64,000 nucleotides of DNA from positions 3,494 to 67,493 of the forward strand of contig CAISYX010000016.1 of NCBI GenBank assembly GCA_903889815.1, read 5' to 3'. Numbering within the stretch: the first letter of the stretch is position 1; each line of letters opens with the position of its first letter. Made by a program: the position numbers and the translations under genes. The notes under the pieces were generated by a model. The model had not been told where the DNA came from, did no database searches, and saw nothing but the letters and a program-made list of their open reading frames with translations. This document shows, in pieces, positions 10,862 through 25,766 of the stretch. This DNA comes from an uncultured Gammaproteobacteria bacterium (GTDB taxonomy: Bacteria; Pseudomonadota; Gammaproteobacteria; Pseudomonadales; Pseudohongiellaceae).

Positions 10862-12772
10862 ATGATCTTTTCGAAAGAATACGACGTCATCGTGGTCGGT
10901 GGCGGACATGCCGGCACGGAGGCAGCACTTGCTGCTGCCCGCATGGGTGTTCGTACCTTGCTGATTACTCATAATATCGAAACACTGGGTCAGATGTCCT
11001 GCAATCCTGCAATTGGCGGTATCGGCAAGACACACCTTGTCAAAGAGATTGACGCTCTGGGTGGTGCGATGGCACGAGCCACGGACCGAGCGGGAATACA
11101 ATTCAGAATTCTCAATAGCAGCAAGGGTCCTGCCGTGCGCGCTACGCGAGCACAGGCAGATCGTGCCTTGTACAAGTCAGCTGTCAGAAGCATCCTGGAA
11201 AACCAGCAAAATCTTGACATTTTCCAGCAAGCGGTCGATGACCTTGTTGTGAATCACGGCAAAGTGGCTGGTGTAGTGACACAGATGGGATTACGTATCA
11301 TGGCCGGGCGGGTTGTTCTCACCACAGGCACTTTCCTGGGCGGCAAGATCCATATCGGACTTGAAAACAGCGCAGGCGGCCGGGCAGGTGATCCACCATC
11401 CATTGCGCTGGCAAGAAGACTTCGAGAGTTGCCTTTCAATGTCGGACGACTCAAGACAGGGACCCCACCTCGAATTGATGCGAGATCTGTGGATTTTTCT
11501 GTCATGCAGGTACAGCCAGGCGATACACCAACGCCAGTAATGTCCTATCTCGGAAATGTTGAAGAGCACCCACGCCAGATCAATTGCTACATCACCAATA
11601 CCAATGAGCGTTGCCACGACATAATCCGTGGTGGTCTGGACAGATCGCCCATGTACACGGGGATCATCGAAGGGCTGGGACCACGGTATTGCCCATCAAT
11701 TGAAGACAAGGTAATGCGTTTTGCTGACAAGACATCCCACCAGATATTTGTCGAACCTGAGGGGCTCAGTACGCACGAGCTCTACCCCAATGGCATTTCA
11801 ACCAGCCTTCCATTTGATGTTCAGCTGGCATTGGTAAGAGAAATCAAGGGGTTCGAGAACGCCCACATCACCAGGCCGGGTTATGCGATCGAGTATGACT
11901 TCTTCGACCCTCGAGATCTGCATTACTCACTCGAAACCAGATTCATCGAGGGCCTTTACTTTGCAGGTCAGATCAATGGCACTACCGGTTACGAAGAAGC
12001 AGCAGCACAGGGCTTGCTTGCAGGGTTGAATGCAGGGCTGGCAGCACAGGGCAAAGAGCACTGGTGTCCTCGCAGGGATGAGGCCTATATCGGAGTACTG
12101 GTTGACGACCTTATCAGTCTTGGCACCAACGAACCGTACAGAATGTTTACCAGCCGAGCGGAGTATCGTTTGCTCTTGAGAGAAGACAACGCTGATCTGA
12201 GACTTACCAGTATTGGTCGAGATCTTGGACTTGTGGATGACAAGCGCTGGACACTTTTCAACCGCAAGCGTGATGCTATTGACGCTGAATTGGCAAGGCT
12301 GCGTACGGTCTGGATCCAACCAGAAACTGAAAAGGCTTTTAAAATCAATGAAATGATAGAGAAGCCCATTTCAAGAGAATACAGCCTTGCTGATTTGCTC
12401 GCCAGGCCGGAAGTGCGCTACGAAAATCTGCTGAACGCAATTTCTGAAAAGGAAAGACACGGCACAGAAGGGCCCGAAATCGCCAGACAAATCAATGAGC
12501 AGGTAGAGATACACATAAAATACCAAGGCTATATTGATCGGCAGGAAGAAGATATCAAGAAGTTGAAGCGACAGGACAACACAATCCTGCCCCAGGATTT
12601 TGATTATTCTCAGATGCAGGGCTTGTCTAACGAGCTCAAACAGAAGTTGCTCAAGGCAAGGCCAGAGACCATAGCCAGGGCCACTAGAATTCCTGGAATG
12701 ACTCCCGCAGCGATTTCCTTGTTGCTGATCTACCTCAAAAAGTACGACGCAATTCGCAAGAAGTCGGCTTGA
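10862..12772 (+). CDS. mnmG: tRNA uridine 5-carboxymethylaminomethyl modification enzyme MnmG (GidA)
   Basis: 636 aa. [26 protein letters not shown] motif. Full-length GidA architecture. Confidence 0.95.
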   Translation: MIFSKEYDVIVVGGGHAGTEAALAAARMGVRTLLITHNIETLGQMSCNPAIGGIGKTHLVKEIDALGGAMARATDRAGIQFRILNSSKGPAVRATRAQADRALYKSAVRSILENQQNLDIFQQAVDDLVVNHGKVAGVVTQMGLRIMAGRVVLTTGTFLGGKIHIGLENSAGGRAGDPPSIALARRLRELPFNVGRLKTGTPPRIDARSVDFSVMQVQPGDTPTPVMSYLGNVEEHPRQINCYITNTNERCHDIIRGGLDRSPMYTGIIEGLGPRYCPSIEDKVMRFADKTSHQIFVEPEGLSTHELYPNGISTSLPFDVQLALVREIKGFENAHITRPGYAIEYDFFDPRDLHYSLETRFIEGLYFAGQINGTTGYEEAAAQGLLAGLNAGLAAQGKEHWCPRRDEAYIGVLVDDLISLGTNEPYRMFTSRAEYRLLLREDNADLRLTSIGRDLGLVDDKRWTLFNRKRDAIDAELARLRTVWIQPETEKAFKINEMIEKPISREYSLADLLARPEVRYENLLNAISEKERHGTEGPEIARQINEQVEIHIKYQGYIDRQEEDIKKLKRQDNTILPQDFDYSQMQGLSNELKQKLLKARPETIARATRIPGMTPAAISLLLIYLKKYDAIRKKSA

Positions 12773-12792
12773 TCAAGGCGGGTAGCATCGGT

Positions 12793-13455
12793 ATGGAAAA
12801 GACTGGATCACATTACCGAGCGGAACTACGCAGTGGGACGAATGCCTTGGGGCTTTCGTTGAGAGATCACCAAGTCAACCAGCTCGTCGACTATCTTGAA
12901 TTGCTGCTCAAATGGAACAAGACGTTCAATCTTTCTGGAATCAAGGATTCTTCCAGCATGCTATCCAGGCATCTGCTGGACAGCCTGACACTTGTGTCCA
13001 TGATTACCGGTCGCTGTATTCTTGATGTTGGCACGGGGCCTGGGCTGCCGGGAATACCACTGGCGATTTGCTACCCGGAAAAAACCTTTGTGCTTCTCGA
13101 CAGTAATGGAAAGAAGACGCGGTTTGTCTTTCAAGCCAAGGTGCAACTGGGGCTTGCCAATGTAGAAGTGCGCAATCTTAGAATAGAGAACTTCCAGGAG
13201 CTGCTTCCAATCGACACTATTGTTACCAGGGCGTTTTCTTCCCTTGAGGATCTGGTGAAGCTCACGCAGCATCTTTTCAAGAGCGAAGCTCAGGACATGC
13301 AGCCAAGGATTCTGGCAATGAAGGGCGTGCTTCCAGCAGAGGAGCTCGCCCAGCTACCAGACAACGTAGCGATTGGAAGAGTCGTAAAAGTCAGTGTTCC
13401 TGGCTGTGACGGTGAGCGTCACATCATTGAACTGCTTGCAAAGAAAGCGGAGTAA
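12793..13455 (+). CDS. rsmG: 16S rRNA (guanine527-N7)-methyltransferase RsmG (GidB)
   Basis: LLKWNKTFNLSGIKD...ILDVGTGPGLPGIPLAI. ATG 12793 is preferred. The track's TTG 12769 overlaps the mnmG stop. Confidence 0.9.
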   Translation: MEKTGSHYRAELRSGTNALGLSLRDHQVNQLVDYLELLLKWNKTFNLSGIKDSSSMLSRHLLDSLTLVSMITGRCILDVGTGPGLPGIPLAICYPEKTFVLLDSNGKKTRFVFQAKVQLGLANVEVRNLRIENFQELLPIDTIVTRAFSSLEDLVKLTQHLFKSEAQDMQPRILAMKGVLPAEELAQLPDNVAIGRVVKVSVPGCDGERHIIELLAKKAE

Positions 13456-13462
13456 AGACGAA

Positions 13463-14242
13463 TTGGCCAAAGTAATCGCTGTTGCGAATCAGAAGGGTGG
13501 TGTTGGCAAAACAACAACCTCCGTCAATCTAGCTGCCTCACTGCGCGCCACGAAACGGCGCACTCTCCTGATAGATCTAGACCCGCAGGGCAATGCAACG
13601 ATGGGAAGCGGAATCAACAAGGGTGATCTGTCCTTGTCAGTTTATGAAGTACTTATGGGCGAGGCAGTACTGGCGGATGCACTGTTGACTACGGCTGCTG
13701 GCGTAGACATCTTGCCCGCCAATGGTGATCTCACAGCAGCTGAAGTGGCCTTGTTGCAGAGGGATGGATCTGAAGGTCGACTTAAATCCTTGATAGCAGA
13801 CGTTGCTGATAAATACGATTTCATTGTCATAGATTGCCCACCGTCACTCAACATGCTGACTGTAAACGCGCTAGTGGCCGCACACGGCGTGATTATTCCG
13901 ATGCAGTGTGAGTACTACGCGCTGGAAGGGTTGTCGGCATTGGTTGACACTATTCAGGCAATTGCTTCCGCCTTGAATCCTGGTCTTAAGATCGAAGGCA
14001 TTCTGCGGACAATGTATGATCCTCGCAGCAAGTTGACCCTCGAAGTCTCCAACCAGTTGTTCACACATTTTGGCGACAAGGTTTATCGCACAGTAGTGCC
14101 ACGGAATATTCGACTTGCAGAAGCACCAAGTTATGGCATGCCAGTGCTTCAGTACGACAGGCAATCACGTGGTGCAGTAGCTTACCTTGCGCTGGCAGGT
14201 GAGATGTTGAGGCGTCAGGAGCAGGCGGCACTTGCACAGTAA
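13463..14242 (+). CDS. parA: Chromosome partitioning ATPase ParA (Soj)
   Basis: TTG 13463 with GGAG about 10 nt upstream gives (M)AKVIAVANQKGGVGKTTTSVNLA, the deviant Walker A. Confidence 0.9.
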   Translation: MAKVIAVANQKGGVGKTTTSVNLAASLRATKRRTLLIDLDPQGNATMGSGINKGDLSLSVYEVLMGEAVLADALLTTAAGVDILPANGDLTAAEVALLQRDGSEGRLKSLIADVADKYDFIVIDCPPSLNMLTVNALVAAHGVIIPMQCEYYALEGLSALVDTIQAIASALNPGLKIEGILRTMYDPRSKLTLEVSNQLFTHFGDKVYRTVVPRNIRLAEAPSYGMPVLQYDRQSRGAVAYLALAGEMLRRQEQAALAQ

Positions 14243-14285
14243 CCAGGCATATCCCACCCAAAGAGTTCAGGAAAGTGGAACAAAC

Positions 14286-15182
14286 ATGACGGCCAAGAAA
14301 AAATTGGGCAGAGGGCTCGACGCGCTTCTGAGTGCCAGCAAGAGCCAGTCCTCTTCAAGCCAGGACGGGGCTGCGGATGCCTTGGTGCCTGTTGCAGACA
14401 AAGACGGAGAAATGCGCAACATCCCGATAGAGTTGATTCAACGAGGCAAATACCAGCCAAGAACAGATATGCATGAAGAGGCTCTTCAGGAGCTTGCAAG
14501 CTCTATCCGCGCCCAAGGTGTAATGCAGCCCATCGTAGTCCGGCCGATTTCAGATACACGATATGAGATCATTGCTGGCGAGCGCCGCTGGCGCGCCAGT
14601 CAGATTGCCGGCCTCGACAAGATCCCTGCGATTATCAAGCCAGTCTCTGACGAGTCTGCCATAGCCATGGCGCTAATCGAAAACATTCAGCGAGAAGATC
14701 TTAATCCTATTGAGGAGGCTATGGCGCTCAAGCGCCTTCAAGAAGAGTTTGAGTTGACACAACAAGAGGTCGCAGATGCGGTTGGCAAGTCGCGAGCGAC
14801 AGTCACCAATCTCCTCCGCCTTATTGCTCTGAATCCTGATGTTCGCTTGATGTTGGAACATGGCGACATCGAAATGGGTCATGCCCGCGCACTGCTCGCC
14901 CTCTCAGATTTGAAACAGACGGAAGTGGCAAAATTGGTCGCTGGAAAGGGTCTTTCCGTTCGTCAGACCGAGTCATTGGTACGCAGAATACTGGTAGCCG
15001 CACCTGACAAGAAGGCGAGTGAACTGGTGAGCGATCCCGATATTCGCAGGCTGGAAGAAAGACTTTCCGAGACACTTGGCGCTCGAGTCCAGATACAACA
15101 CACGCCCAAAGGGGCTGGTAAATTGACATTGAAATACAACAGCCTGGATGAGCTGGATGGCATACTGGCTCATATAAAATGA
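14286..15182 (+). CDS. parB: Chromosome partitioning protein ParB (Spo0J)
   Basis: ATG 14286 gives MTAKKKLGRGLDALLS. Also GKYQPR, IIAGERRWRA, and the HTH QQEVADAVGKSRATVTNLLRL. Confidence 0.93.
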   Translation: MTAKKKLGRGLDALLSASKSQSSSSQDGAADALVPVADKDGEMRNIPIELIQRGKYQPRTDMHEEALQELASSIRAQGVMQPIVVRPISDTRYEIIAGERRWRASQIAGLDKIPAIIKPVSDESAIAMALIENIQREDLNPIEEAMALKRLQEEFELTQQEVADAVGKSRATVTNLLRLIALNPDVRLMLEHGDIEMGHARALLALSDLKQTEVAKLVAGKGLSVRQTESLVRRILVAAPDKKASELVSDPDIRRLEERLSETLGARVQIQHTPKGAGKLTLKYNSLDELDGILAHIK

Positions 15183-15195
15183 AGGCGTTTTGGAG

Positions 15196-15224
15196 TTGAT
15201 TAGAACTACCAATGTCCCTATAAT
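15196..15224 (+). promoter_or_regulatory. Sigma70-like promoter for the atp operon
   Basis: TTGATT, 17-nt spacer, consensus TATAAT. Lies about 48 nt upstream of the atpI start. Confidence 0.55.
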
Positions 15225-15271
15225 GCTCTGCCTTTCAAGGCATTGGATGCTGCTGGAAAGCTGAACGAACT

Positions 15272-15658
15272 GTGTCAACCATAAAAGCTCCTCCAATCCA
15301 AAAAATAATTGTCAGTCAGTTCATCACTGCAGTTCTTCTTGCAGTTGTCGGCTACGGGACACAGGATTTGGTAGTGGCTTATTCTTTGCTGTCTGGTGGC
15401 TTAATCTGCGCCATACCGAACGCGTACTTCTCTATAAAGGCGTTTCAGCACAGAGGCGCCAGAGCAGCAAAGAAAATCGTCAAAGCGTTTTATGTCGGTG
15501 AAGGAATCAAGATCTTATTGACCTGCGCCGGTTTTGCCTTGGTCTTTGCATACGTAAAACCTTTGAGCACGCCAGCGCTTTTTTCAGGTTTCGTAGTTGT
15601 ATATTTGACAGGCTTGGTCTCGTTGATCGTGATGGAAACGAAGAAGCGCGGAATTTAA
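15272..15658 (+). CDS. atpI: F0F1 ATP synthase protein I
   Basis: 128-aa hydrophobic protein at the first position of the atp operon. GTG start. Confidence 0.8.
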   Translation: MSTIKAPPIQKIIVSQFITAVLLAVVGYGTQDLVVAYSLLSGGLICAIPNAYFSIKAFQHRGARAAKKIVKAFYVGEGIKILLTCAGFALVFAYVKPLSTPALFSGFVVVYLTGLVSLIVMETKKRGI

Positions 15659-15692
15659 GTCCCCCAAAATTTACTTTTATATAGTTTAATTC

Positions 15693-16541
15693 ATGGCAAA
15701 TTCACACGAAGTTGTAGAAACCGCACAAACGGCGTCAGAATACGTACAACACCATCTAGGGTTCCTGACCTATGGCCAGCACGCTGATGGTACATGGGGA
15801 TTTGCCCATTCAACTGAAGAAGCTGCAGAAATGGGCTTCTGGGCCATCAATGTAGACTCAATGATGATATCCCTTCTCTTGGGCGTATTGTTCCTTGGTC
15901 TTTTCCGCTTCTGCATTTCCAAGGCAACTTCCGGCAAGCCAGGTGGCTTGCAGAATTTCATAGAAATCATTGTCGAGATGGTGCAAACCAACGTCAAGAA
16001 CACTTTCTTCGGCAAGAACGATCTCATTGGCCCTCTCGCACTCACAATTTTCTGCTGGATCTTCCTGATGAACACAATGGACTTGATCCCGGTAGATATT
16101 ATACCGCTGTTCGCGCAATGGGTTGCCGGCGATCCGCATCTCTACTTCAAAGCAGTGCCAACAACCGACCTGAACATCACAGCCGGCTTTGCTATCGGCG
16201 TTTTCTTTCTGATTATTTACTACAGTATCAAAGTCAAAGGCCTCGGTGCGTTCCTCGGTGAATTTGCGTTCCATCCGTTCGGCAAGTGGGCTCTTCCTCT
16301 GAACCTGTTGCTGGAGTTGCCTGGATTCTTTGCGAAATTTGTTTCACTTGCTTTGCGACTCTACGGCAACTTCTTTGCCGGAGAGGTGATCTTCCTCGTG
16401 ATCGCACTTTTGGGCTACTGGCAGTTACCGCTGCATTTTGGCTGGTCGGTATTCCACATTCTGGTGGTCACATTGCAAGCCTACCTGTTCATGATGCTGA
16501 CCATCGTGTACATGAACCAGGCTCATCAGTCGAGTCACTGA
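15693..16541 (+). CDS. atpB: ATP synthase F0 subunit a
   Basis: 282 aa, polytopic. LALRLYGNFFAGEVIF motif with the conserved Arg. Confidence 0.95.
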   Translation: MANSHEVVETAQTASEYVQHHLGFLTYGQHADGTWGFAHSTEEAAEMGFWAINVDSMMISLLLGVLFLGLFRFCISKATSGKPGGLQNFIEIIVEMVQTNVKNTFFGKNDLIGPLALTIFCWIFLMNTMDLIPVDIIPLFAQWVAGDPHLYFKAVPTTDLNITAGFAIGVFFLIIYYSIKVKGLGAFLGEFAFHPFGKWALPLNLLLELPGFFAKFVSLALRLYGNFFAGEVIFLVIALLGYWQLPLHFGWSVFHILVVTLQAYLFMMLTIVYMNQAHQSSH

Positions 16542-16589
16542 TACAAGTTAACAACGCTCTTTTAATTTTAGTAAACCTTGGAGATAAAA

Positions 16590-16832
16590 ATGGAAACTAT
16601 ACAAGCCTTTTCTTTGCTCTCAGCGGCAATAATTTTCGGCATATGCGGCGCCGGAACCGCAATCGGTTTTGGTAGCCTGGGCGGCAAGCTGATAGAGAGC
16701 TCTGCTCGTCAACCAGAACTGACGCCAAAACTGCAAACCCAGTTCTTCCTGGTAGCAGCATTCGTGGACGTAATCTCCATCATCGGCGTAGGTATGGCGT
16801 TTCTGTTCATTTTTGCAAACCCCTTCATCTGA
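16590..16832 (+). CDS. atpE: ATP synthase F0 subunit c
   Basis: ATG 16590 after GGAGA. Hairpin protein with ARQPE loop and FVDVISIIGVG. Confidence 0.93.
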   Translation: METIQAFSLLSAAIIFGICGAGTAIGFGSLGGKLIESSARQPELTPKLQTQFFLVAAFVDVISIIGVGMAFLFIFANPFI

Positions 16833-16906
16833 TCGACAGGGCGGATAGCCAGGCATTTGGTGGTTAGACCGATGTTGACTACAAATCTTTATTTTGGGGT
16901 ACTTGC

Positions 16907-17377
16907 ATGAATCTCAACGCAACCATAATTGGGCAACTTATTGCGTTCGCAGTATTTGTCATGTTCTGCATGAAGTATGTCTGGCCGCCCATCACCGCGA
17001 TCCTGGAGGAAAGACAAAACAAAATTGCTGACGGACTTGAGGCAGCAGAGCGAGCCCAGCGCGATTTGAATCTTGCACAGAACAAGGCCGCAGACGAGTT
17101 GCGCGCAGCGAAACAGCAGGGCGCTGAGCTGATTGAGCTGGCCAACAAGCGCGCGAATCAGATAATCGATGAAGCGAAAGACAAGGCTCGACTCGAAGGC
17201 CAGCGTCTGATTGCAGCCGCTCAAGCCGAAATCACCATGGAAACGCAAAGAGCCAGAGAAGCATTGCGAGCACAGGTTGCTGCAATTGCAGTGGCAGGCG
17301 CAGAGAAGATTCTGGAATCCACGATCGATCAAGCCGCCAATGAAGAGCTTATTAACAAGCTCGCAGCAGAGCTATAG
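16907..17377 (+). CDS. atpF: ATP synthase F0 subunit b
   Basis: 156 aa. N-terminal TM segment followed by a long charged helix. Operon position. Confidence 0.92.
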   Translation: MNLNATIIGQLIAFAVFVMFCMKYVWPPITAILEERQNKIADGLEAAERAQRDLNLAQNKAADELRAAKQQGAELIELANKRANQIIDEAKDKARLEGQRLIAAAQAEITMETQRAREALRAQVAAIAVAGAEKILESTIDQAANEELINKLAAEL

Positions 17378-17387
17378 GCGATAAGCA

Positions 17388-17924
17388 ATGGCAGAGTCAA
17401 TTACATTAGCCCGACCATACGCGAAAGCTTCTTTTGAAGTAGCGCTTGCGGCTGGTGAGCTGAGCCCCTGGTCTCAGTCACTCAAATTGCTTGCAAGTGT
17501 CGCTGCGAATGACACTGTTCGCAAAACCATGCTGTCGCCAGCACTGACGGCGGCGGAACAAGCCAGCATGCTGATCAATCTGTGTGGCAACGAGCTGATG
17601 CCGAAGGCTGGGAATCTCATCCGCTTGCTGGCAGAGAACAAGCGATTGCAATTGCTGCCCGAAATTTCCGAACTTTTTGAAGCGCTCAAGGCCAATCAGG
17701 AAATGACAGTGGACGTGGAGCTGTCGACCGCGTTCGAGCTCAATAAAGACGTAGTTAAAAAGATTACTCAGGCACTTCAGACTCGCTTGAACAGAGAGAT
17801 CAAGTTGCACACCCGTGTGGACAAACATCTGATAGGTGGCGCCGTAATTCGAGCGGGCGACACAGTCATCGACAGTTCCGTCCGGGGAAAACTGACCAAA
17901 TTAGCCGAAGCAATGAATTCCTAG
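17388..17924 (+). CDS. atpH: ATP synthase F1 subunit delta
   Basis: 178 aa. [15 protein letters not shown] start. Operon position. Confidence 0.92.
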   Translation: MAESITLARPYAKASFEVALAAGELSPWSQSLKLLASVAANDTVRKTMLSPALTAAEQASMLINLCGNELMPKAGNLIRLLAENKRLQLLPEISELFEALKANQEMTVDVELSTAFELNKDVVKKITQALQTRLNREIKLHTRVDKHLIGGAVIRAGDTVIDSSVRGKLTKLAEAMNS

Positions 17925-17949
17925 TACGACTGGGAATGAGGGAAAAAGC

Positions 17950-19494
17950 ATGCAGCAACTGAATCCATCAGAAATCAGTGAAATCATCAAGCAGCGTATC
18001 GAGAACCTCGATGTTTCCGTGCAAGCGAAGAATGAAGGCACGATCGTCAGCGTTTCCGACGGTATCATCCGCATTCACGGCCTCGCTGACGTCATGTATG
18101 GCGAGATGATCGAGTTCGACGGCGGTATTTTCGGCATGGCACTGAACCTTGAGCGTGACTCAGTGGGTGCCGTTGTTCTCGGTGACTACAAGTCTCTCGC
18201 AGAGGGGCAGACTTGCCGCTGCACCAAGCGCATTCTGGAAGTGCCGGTCGGACCAGAACTCGAAGGCCGTGTAGTGGACGCGCTTGGCAAGCCAATTGAT
18301 GGCAAGGGCCCGATCAATGCCAAGCACAGTTCGCCAGTAGAGAAAGTGGCTCCAGGCGTAATTGCACGTCAGTCAGTGGACCAGCCGGTACAGACGGGTC
18401 TGAAAGCCATTGACGCGATGGTGCCTATTGGCCGTGGCCAACGTGAGCTGATCATTGGCGACCGCCAGGTAGGCAAGACTGCTGTCGCTGTCGACGCGAT
18501 CATCAACCAGAAGGGCAAGGGCGTTAAGTGTATCTACGTGGCCATAGGACAGAAGCAGTCGTCCATCGCCAACGTCGTGAACAAGCTGGAAGAGCACGGC
18601 GCGATGGAGTACACCATCGTCGTTGCAGCCAGTGCATCTGATCCCGCGTCCATGCAATTCATCGCCCCGTATGCCGGTTGTTCAATGGGCGAGTTCTACC
18701 GTGACCGTGGCCAGGACGCCCTGATCATTTATGATGACCTGACCAAACAGGCATGGGCGTATCGCCAGATTTCCCTGCTGCTGCGCCGTCCGCCAGGCCG
18801 TGAAGCATACCCCGGCGACGTGTTCTATTTGCACTCCCGTCTGCTGGAGCGCGCATCACGCGTGAACGCCGAGTATGTAGAGCAGTTCACCAATGGTGAA
18901 GTGAAGGGCAAAACCGGTTCCTTGACCGCTCTGCCGATCATCGAGACGCAGGCGGGTGACGTATCTGCCTTCGTACCGACCAACGTGATCTCCATTACTG
19001 ACGGTCAGATCTTCCTGGAGAGCAACCTGTTCAACTCCGGTATCCGTCCTGCAATCAATGCCGGTCTGTCGGTGTCACGAGTAGGCGGTGCAGCACAAAC
19101 CAAGATTATCAAGAAGCTGGGCGGCGGTATCCGTATCGCTCTGGCACAGTACCGTGAACTGGCAGCATTCGCGCAGTTCGCCTCTGATCTCGACGAAGCG
19201 ACTCGCGCGCAACTCGAACACGGTCAGCGTGTAACAGAACTGATGAAACAGTCTCAGTACTCTCCGCTGTCTGTCGCCCAGATGGCACTGGTACTTTACG
19301 CAGCCAATGAAGGCTTCCTGAAGGATGTGGAGCTGAACAAGGTCGTGGCTTTTGAACGCGCCTTGCTGTCCTATGCCAACAACGAGAATGCAGCGCTGCT
19401 GGCAAAGATCAATGAGAAAGGTGACTACAACGATGACATCGCCGCGCAAATGAAAGCAGCGATTCAGAAGTTCAAGGTAACACAGACCTGGTAA
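17950..19494 (+). CDS. atpA: ATP synthase F1 subunit alpha
   Basis: 514 aa. Walker A GDRQVGKT. Canonical alpha-subunit sequence. Confidence 0.97.
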   Translation: MQQLNPSEISEIIKQRIENLDVSVQAKNEGTIVSVSDGIIRIHGLADVMYGEMIEFDGGIFGMALNLERDSVGAVVLGDYKSLAEGQTCRCTKRILEVPVGPELEGRVVDALGKPIDGKGPINAKHSSPVEKVAPGVIARQSVDQPVQTGLKAIDAMVPIGRGQRELIIGDRQVGKTAVAVDAIINQKGKGVKCIYVAIGQKQSSIANVVNKLEEHGAMEYTIVVAASASDPASMQFIAPYAGCSMGEFYRDRGQDALIIYDDLTKQAWAYRQISLLLRRPPGREAYPGDVFYLHSRLLERASRVNAEYVEQFTNGEVKGKTGSLTALPIIETQAGDVSAFVPTNVISITDGQIFLESNLFNSGIRPAINAGLSVSRVGGAAQTKIIKKLGGGIRIALAQYRELAAFAQFASDLDEATRAQLEHGQRVTELMKQSQYSPLSVAQMALVLYAANEGFLKDVELNKVVAFERALLSYANNENAALLAKINEKGDYNDDIAAQMKAAIQKFKVTQTW

Positions 19495-19515
19495 TTGACA
19501 GGAATACGGTGAGTT

Positions 19516-20376
19516 ATGGCTGTCGGCAAAGAGATTAGAACCAAGATCTCCAGCATCAAGAACACGCAAAAAATTACCAGTGCGATGGAGATGGTTGCGG
19601 CCAGCAAGATGCGCAAGGCCCAGGACCGCATGGCGCTGGGACGACCCTATGCAACGCGCATGCGGGAGGTAATCGGACACGTTGCCAACGCAACGCCCGA
19701 ATACCATCACGTGTACTTCTCCGAAAGAGAAGCCAAGCGTGTTGGCTATATAGTTGTCTCATCTGACAGAGGGCTGTGCGGTGGACTGAACGTCAATGCG
19801 TTCAAAGCCGCATTGCGCGCAATGTTGGTCTGGAAGAAGGACAATGTCGGCACCGAATTCTGTGTTATCGGTGCAAAGGCCGCTTCCTTCTTCAACAATT
19901 TTGGCGGCAATGTCGTTGCGTCTGTCCGCGGAATTGGCGACACACCGAAAGTGGACGATGTGATCGGCGCCGTGAAGGTGATGCTGGATAAGTTTGCTGC
20001 AGGGCAAATCGACCGCCTGTTCATTGTCAGCAACACATTCGTGAACACAATGACGCAGACCCCGGTTGTCGCGCAACTTCTGCCGCTGCAGGCTTCTGAA
20101 AACAAAGAGTTCAGGCACCATTGGGACTACATCTACGAGCCAGACGCCCAAGAGCTTCTTGATTCTCTCCTTGTTCGCTACATCGAATCGCAGGTGTACC
20201 AAGCTGTTGTAGAGAATATCGCCTGCGAGCAGGCTGCCCGAATGATGGCGATGAAGAATGCCACCGACAACGCCGGTGATCTGATCAAGGATCTCGGCCT
20301 GATCTACAACAAGGCGCGTCAGGCATCGATAACGCAGGAACTGTCAGAAATCGTGGGTGGCGCGGCTGCGGTATAA
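19516..20376 (+). CDS. atpG: ATP synthase F1 subunit gamma
   Basis: 286 aa. [32 protein letters not shown] and C-terminal [15 protein letters not shown]. Confidence 0.96.
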   Translation: MAVGKEIRTKISSIKNTQKITSAMEMVAASKMRKAQDRMALGRPYATRMREVIGHVANATPEYHHVYFSEREAKRVGYIVVSSDRGLCGGLNVNAFKAALRAMLVWKKDNVGTEFCVIGAKAASFFNNFGGNVVASVRGIGDTPKVDDVIGAVKVMLDKFAAGQIDRLFIVSNTFVNTMTQTPVVAQLLPLQASENKEFRHHWDYIYEPDAQELLDSLLVRYIESQVYQAVVENIACEQAARMMAMKNATDNAGDLIKDLGLIYNKARQASITQELSEIVGGAAAV

Positions 20377-20449
20377 GCCACACGAACAGCGCCTGGCCAC
20401 GCGTGCGCAGGCAAATCAGACAAGCAAGATTCTGGAATTCAGTACTTAA

Positions 20450-21859
<1,410 letters not shown>

Positions 21860-21902
21860 TCCGACACTGTCACTGGAATCTGTAAACAGAGAGCAATGAT
21901 TT

Positions 21903-22316
21903 ATGGCCATGACTATGCACTGTGACATTGTGAGCGCTGAGGAGAAAATCTACTCCGGGCTCGTGGAATTGCTGGTTGCCACAGGCACGCTGGGAGACCT
22001 GGGTATAACGCCGGGTCACGCACCGCTGCTGACGGCACTGATTCCTGGACCGGTACGTGTTGTGCTGCAGGATGGGTCTGAAGAGATCTATTACGTGTCT
22101 GGCGGATTCCTGGAAGTGCAAAGCGGCGTCGTTACAGTACTCGCAGATACGGCGTTGCGCGCCGATGACGTCAATGAGGCGGCAGCTTTGCAGGCAATAC
22201 AAGACGCCAACGACGCCATATCCAACAAGGACGCAGAGTTCGAGTATTCGCGCGCAGCCGCTCAGCTTGCCGAGGCTGCTGCCCAGCTGCGCGCGCTAAG
22301 GCAGCTGCGCAAGTAA
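21903..22316 (+). CDS. atpC: ATP synthase F1 subunit epsilon
   Basis: 137 aa. [19 protein letters not shown] resembles the E. coli AtpC N-terminus. Confidence 0.93.
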   Translation: MAMTMHCDIVSAEEKIYSGLVELLVATGTLGDLGITPGHAPLLTALIPGPVRVVLQDGSEEIYYVSGGFLEVQSGVVTVLADTALRADDVNEAAALQAIQDANDAISNKDAEFEYSRAAAQLAEAAAQLRALRQLRK

Positions 22317-22340
22317 GACAGCAGGCTTGGAGTACAGAGA

Positions 22341-22367
22341 AGGGCGGCGCGAGCTGCCCTTTTTTTA
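22341..22367 (+). terminator. Rho-independent terminator of the atp operon
   Basis: AGGGCGGC-gcga-GCTGCCCT stem (one G-U pair) followed by TTTTTTT. Lies 25 nt after the atpC stop. Confidence 0.75.
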
Positions 22368-22439
22368 TGCCCCACAATCCCTGTCGAAGCAATCTCAGTT
22401 AAGATAAGCCCCTGTTCGGTCATCCAGAATCCCTTCGCC

Positions 22440-23819
22440 ATGAATTCATTGCATCAGCCCCCCCTCGAAGTTGTCATTCTCGCTGCCGGAAAAGGCAAGC
22501 GCATGTTCTCCGACACGCCGAAGGTGCTGCACAAAGTGGCTGGACGGCCCTTGTTGCAGCATGTCGTCGACACCGCTCTGTCGCTGGAGGCCAGTGCTGT
22601 ACATGTCGTCATAGGACATGAGGCGCAGCAGATAGAGGACTGCCTTCAGAAGACCCCTGTGCTATGGGCAATGCAGGCTGAACAACTGGGGACAGGACAT
22701 GCCGTCGCCCAGGCGATGCCACATGTCCACGACAAAAGTATCGTGCTGGTTCTTTACGGGGATGTCCCGCTGATTCAGGCGGACACGCTTCAGGCGCTTG
22801 TGGCCCTGGCGCATTCTGGCGGGCTGGCTATTCTGACACTGAACAGCAAGGATCCATCAGGACTTGGTCGAATCATTCGCGACGCCAGCGGTCGCGCGAT
22901 CGCCATCGTGGAAGAGAAGGACGCAAATACCCAGCAGAGGAAGATCACCGAAACCAACACCGGAATACTGGCAGTGCAGGCTTCGCATCTCCAGCACTGG
23001 TTGGGACAGCTCAAAAATGACAATGCACAAGGGGAATATTACCTTACAGACATCGTGGCACTGGCCGTGCTACAAGGAGTGGACGTTGCAACTCAGATAG
23101 TCGATGACGAGCTCGAAGTGCTCGGAGTGAACAACAAAGTACAGCTTGCGCAGCTCGAAAGGCACTATCAGGGACGTGTAGCACTGCAACTCCTCGAGAG
23201 CGGAGTCACGCTTGCCGACCCGTCTCGCATTGATGTGCGTGGCGAATTGTTGTGTGGAAGAGATGTTGAGATCGACATCAACTGCATTTTTGAAGGCAAG
23301 GTTGCAATAGGCAATCGCGTACGCATCGGCCCCAATGTGTGCATCAAGAATGCAATCATTGGAGATGACTCAGTGATTCATGCCAATTCGCATGTTGATG
23401 GAGTCACTATTGGAGCAGCATGTGCCGTCGGGCCCTTTGCAAGATTGCGTCCAGGCACTGTACTGAACACTGGTTCTAAAATTGGCAATTTTGTCGAAAC
23501 CAAGAAAGCGATCATCGGGCATGGTTCCAAAGTGAGTCACCTGAGCTATGTCGGCGACGCAACTATCGGGCGCGATGTGAATATCGGTGCCGGCACTATC
23601 ACCTGCAACTACGACGGCGTGAACAAGTACGAAACACTGATTGAAGACAATGTATTTGTGGGGTCCAACACCGCGCTCGTGGCGCCTGTGACGATCGGCG
23701 AGAATGCCACGATCGGCGCGGGCTCCACCATCACCGGTGATGTTCCGGGCAGGCATCTCGCCATCGCACGCGGACGTCAGCGCAACATCGAAGGCTGGGA
23801 GAAACCAGTCAAGAAATAG
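22440..23819 (+). CDS. glmU: Bifunctional UDP-N-acetylglucosamine pyrophosphorylase / GlcN-1-P acetyltransferase
   Basis: 459 aa. ILAAGKGKRM N-terminus and C-terminal hexapeptide-repeat region. Confidence 0.95.
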   Translation: MNSLHQPPLEVVILAAGKGKRMFSDTPKVLHKVAGRPLLQHVVDTALSLEASAVHVVIGHEAQQIEDCLQKTPVLWAMQAEQLGTGHAVAQAMPHVHDKSIVLVLYGDVPLIQADTLQALVALAHSGGLAILTLNSKDPSGLGRIIRDASGRAIAIVEEKDANTQQRKITETNTGILAVQASHLQHWLGQLKNDNAQGEYYLTDIVALAVLQGVDVATQIVDDELEVLGVNNKVQLAQLERHYQGRVALQLLESGVTLADPSRIDVRGELLCGRDVEIDINCIFEGKVAIGNRVRIGPNVCIKNAIIGDDSVIHANSHVDGVTIGAACAVGPFARLRPGTVLNTGSKIGNFVETKKAIIGHGSKVSHLSYVGDATIGRDVNIGAGTITCNYDGVNKYETLIEDNVFVGSNTALVAPVTIGENATIGAGSTITGDVPGRHLAIARGRQRNIEGWEKPVKK

Positions 23820-23907
23820 TCCAGCACTGTTGTGCAGTCAGGAGTGGCACAGAGCTCGGCTCGCGATCGCCAACCCTGACGCTAGGACGAATTCAAAGGA
23901 GCACCAA

Positions 23908-25746
<1,839 letters not shown>

Positions 25747-25766
25747 CAGGCAAGGCTACAAAAGGG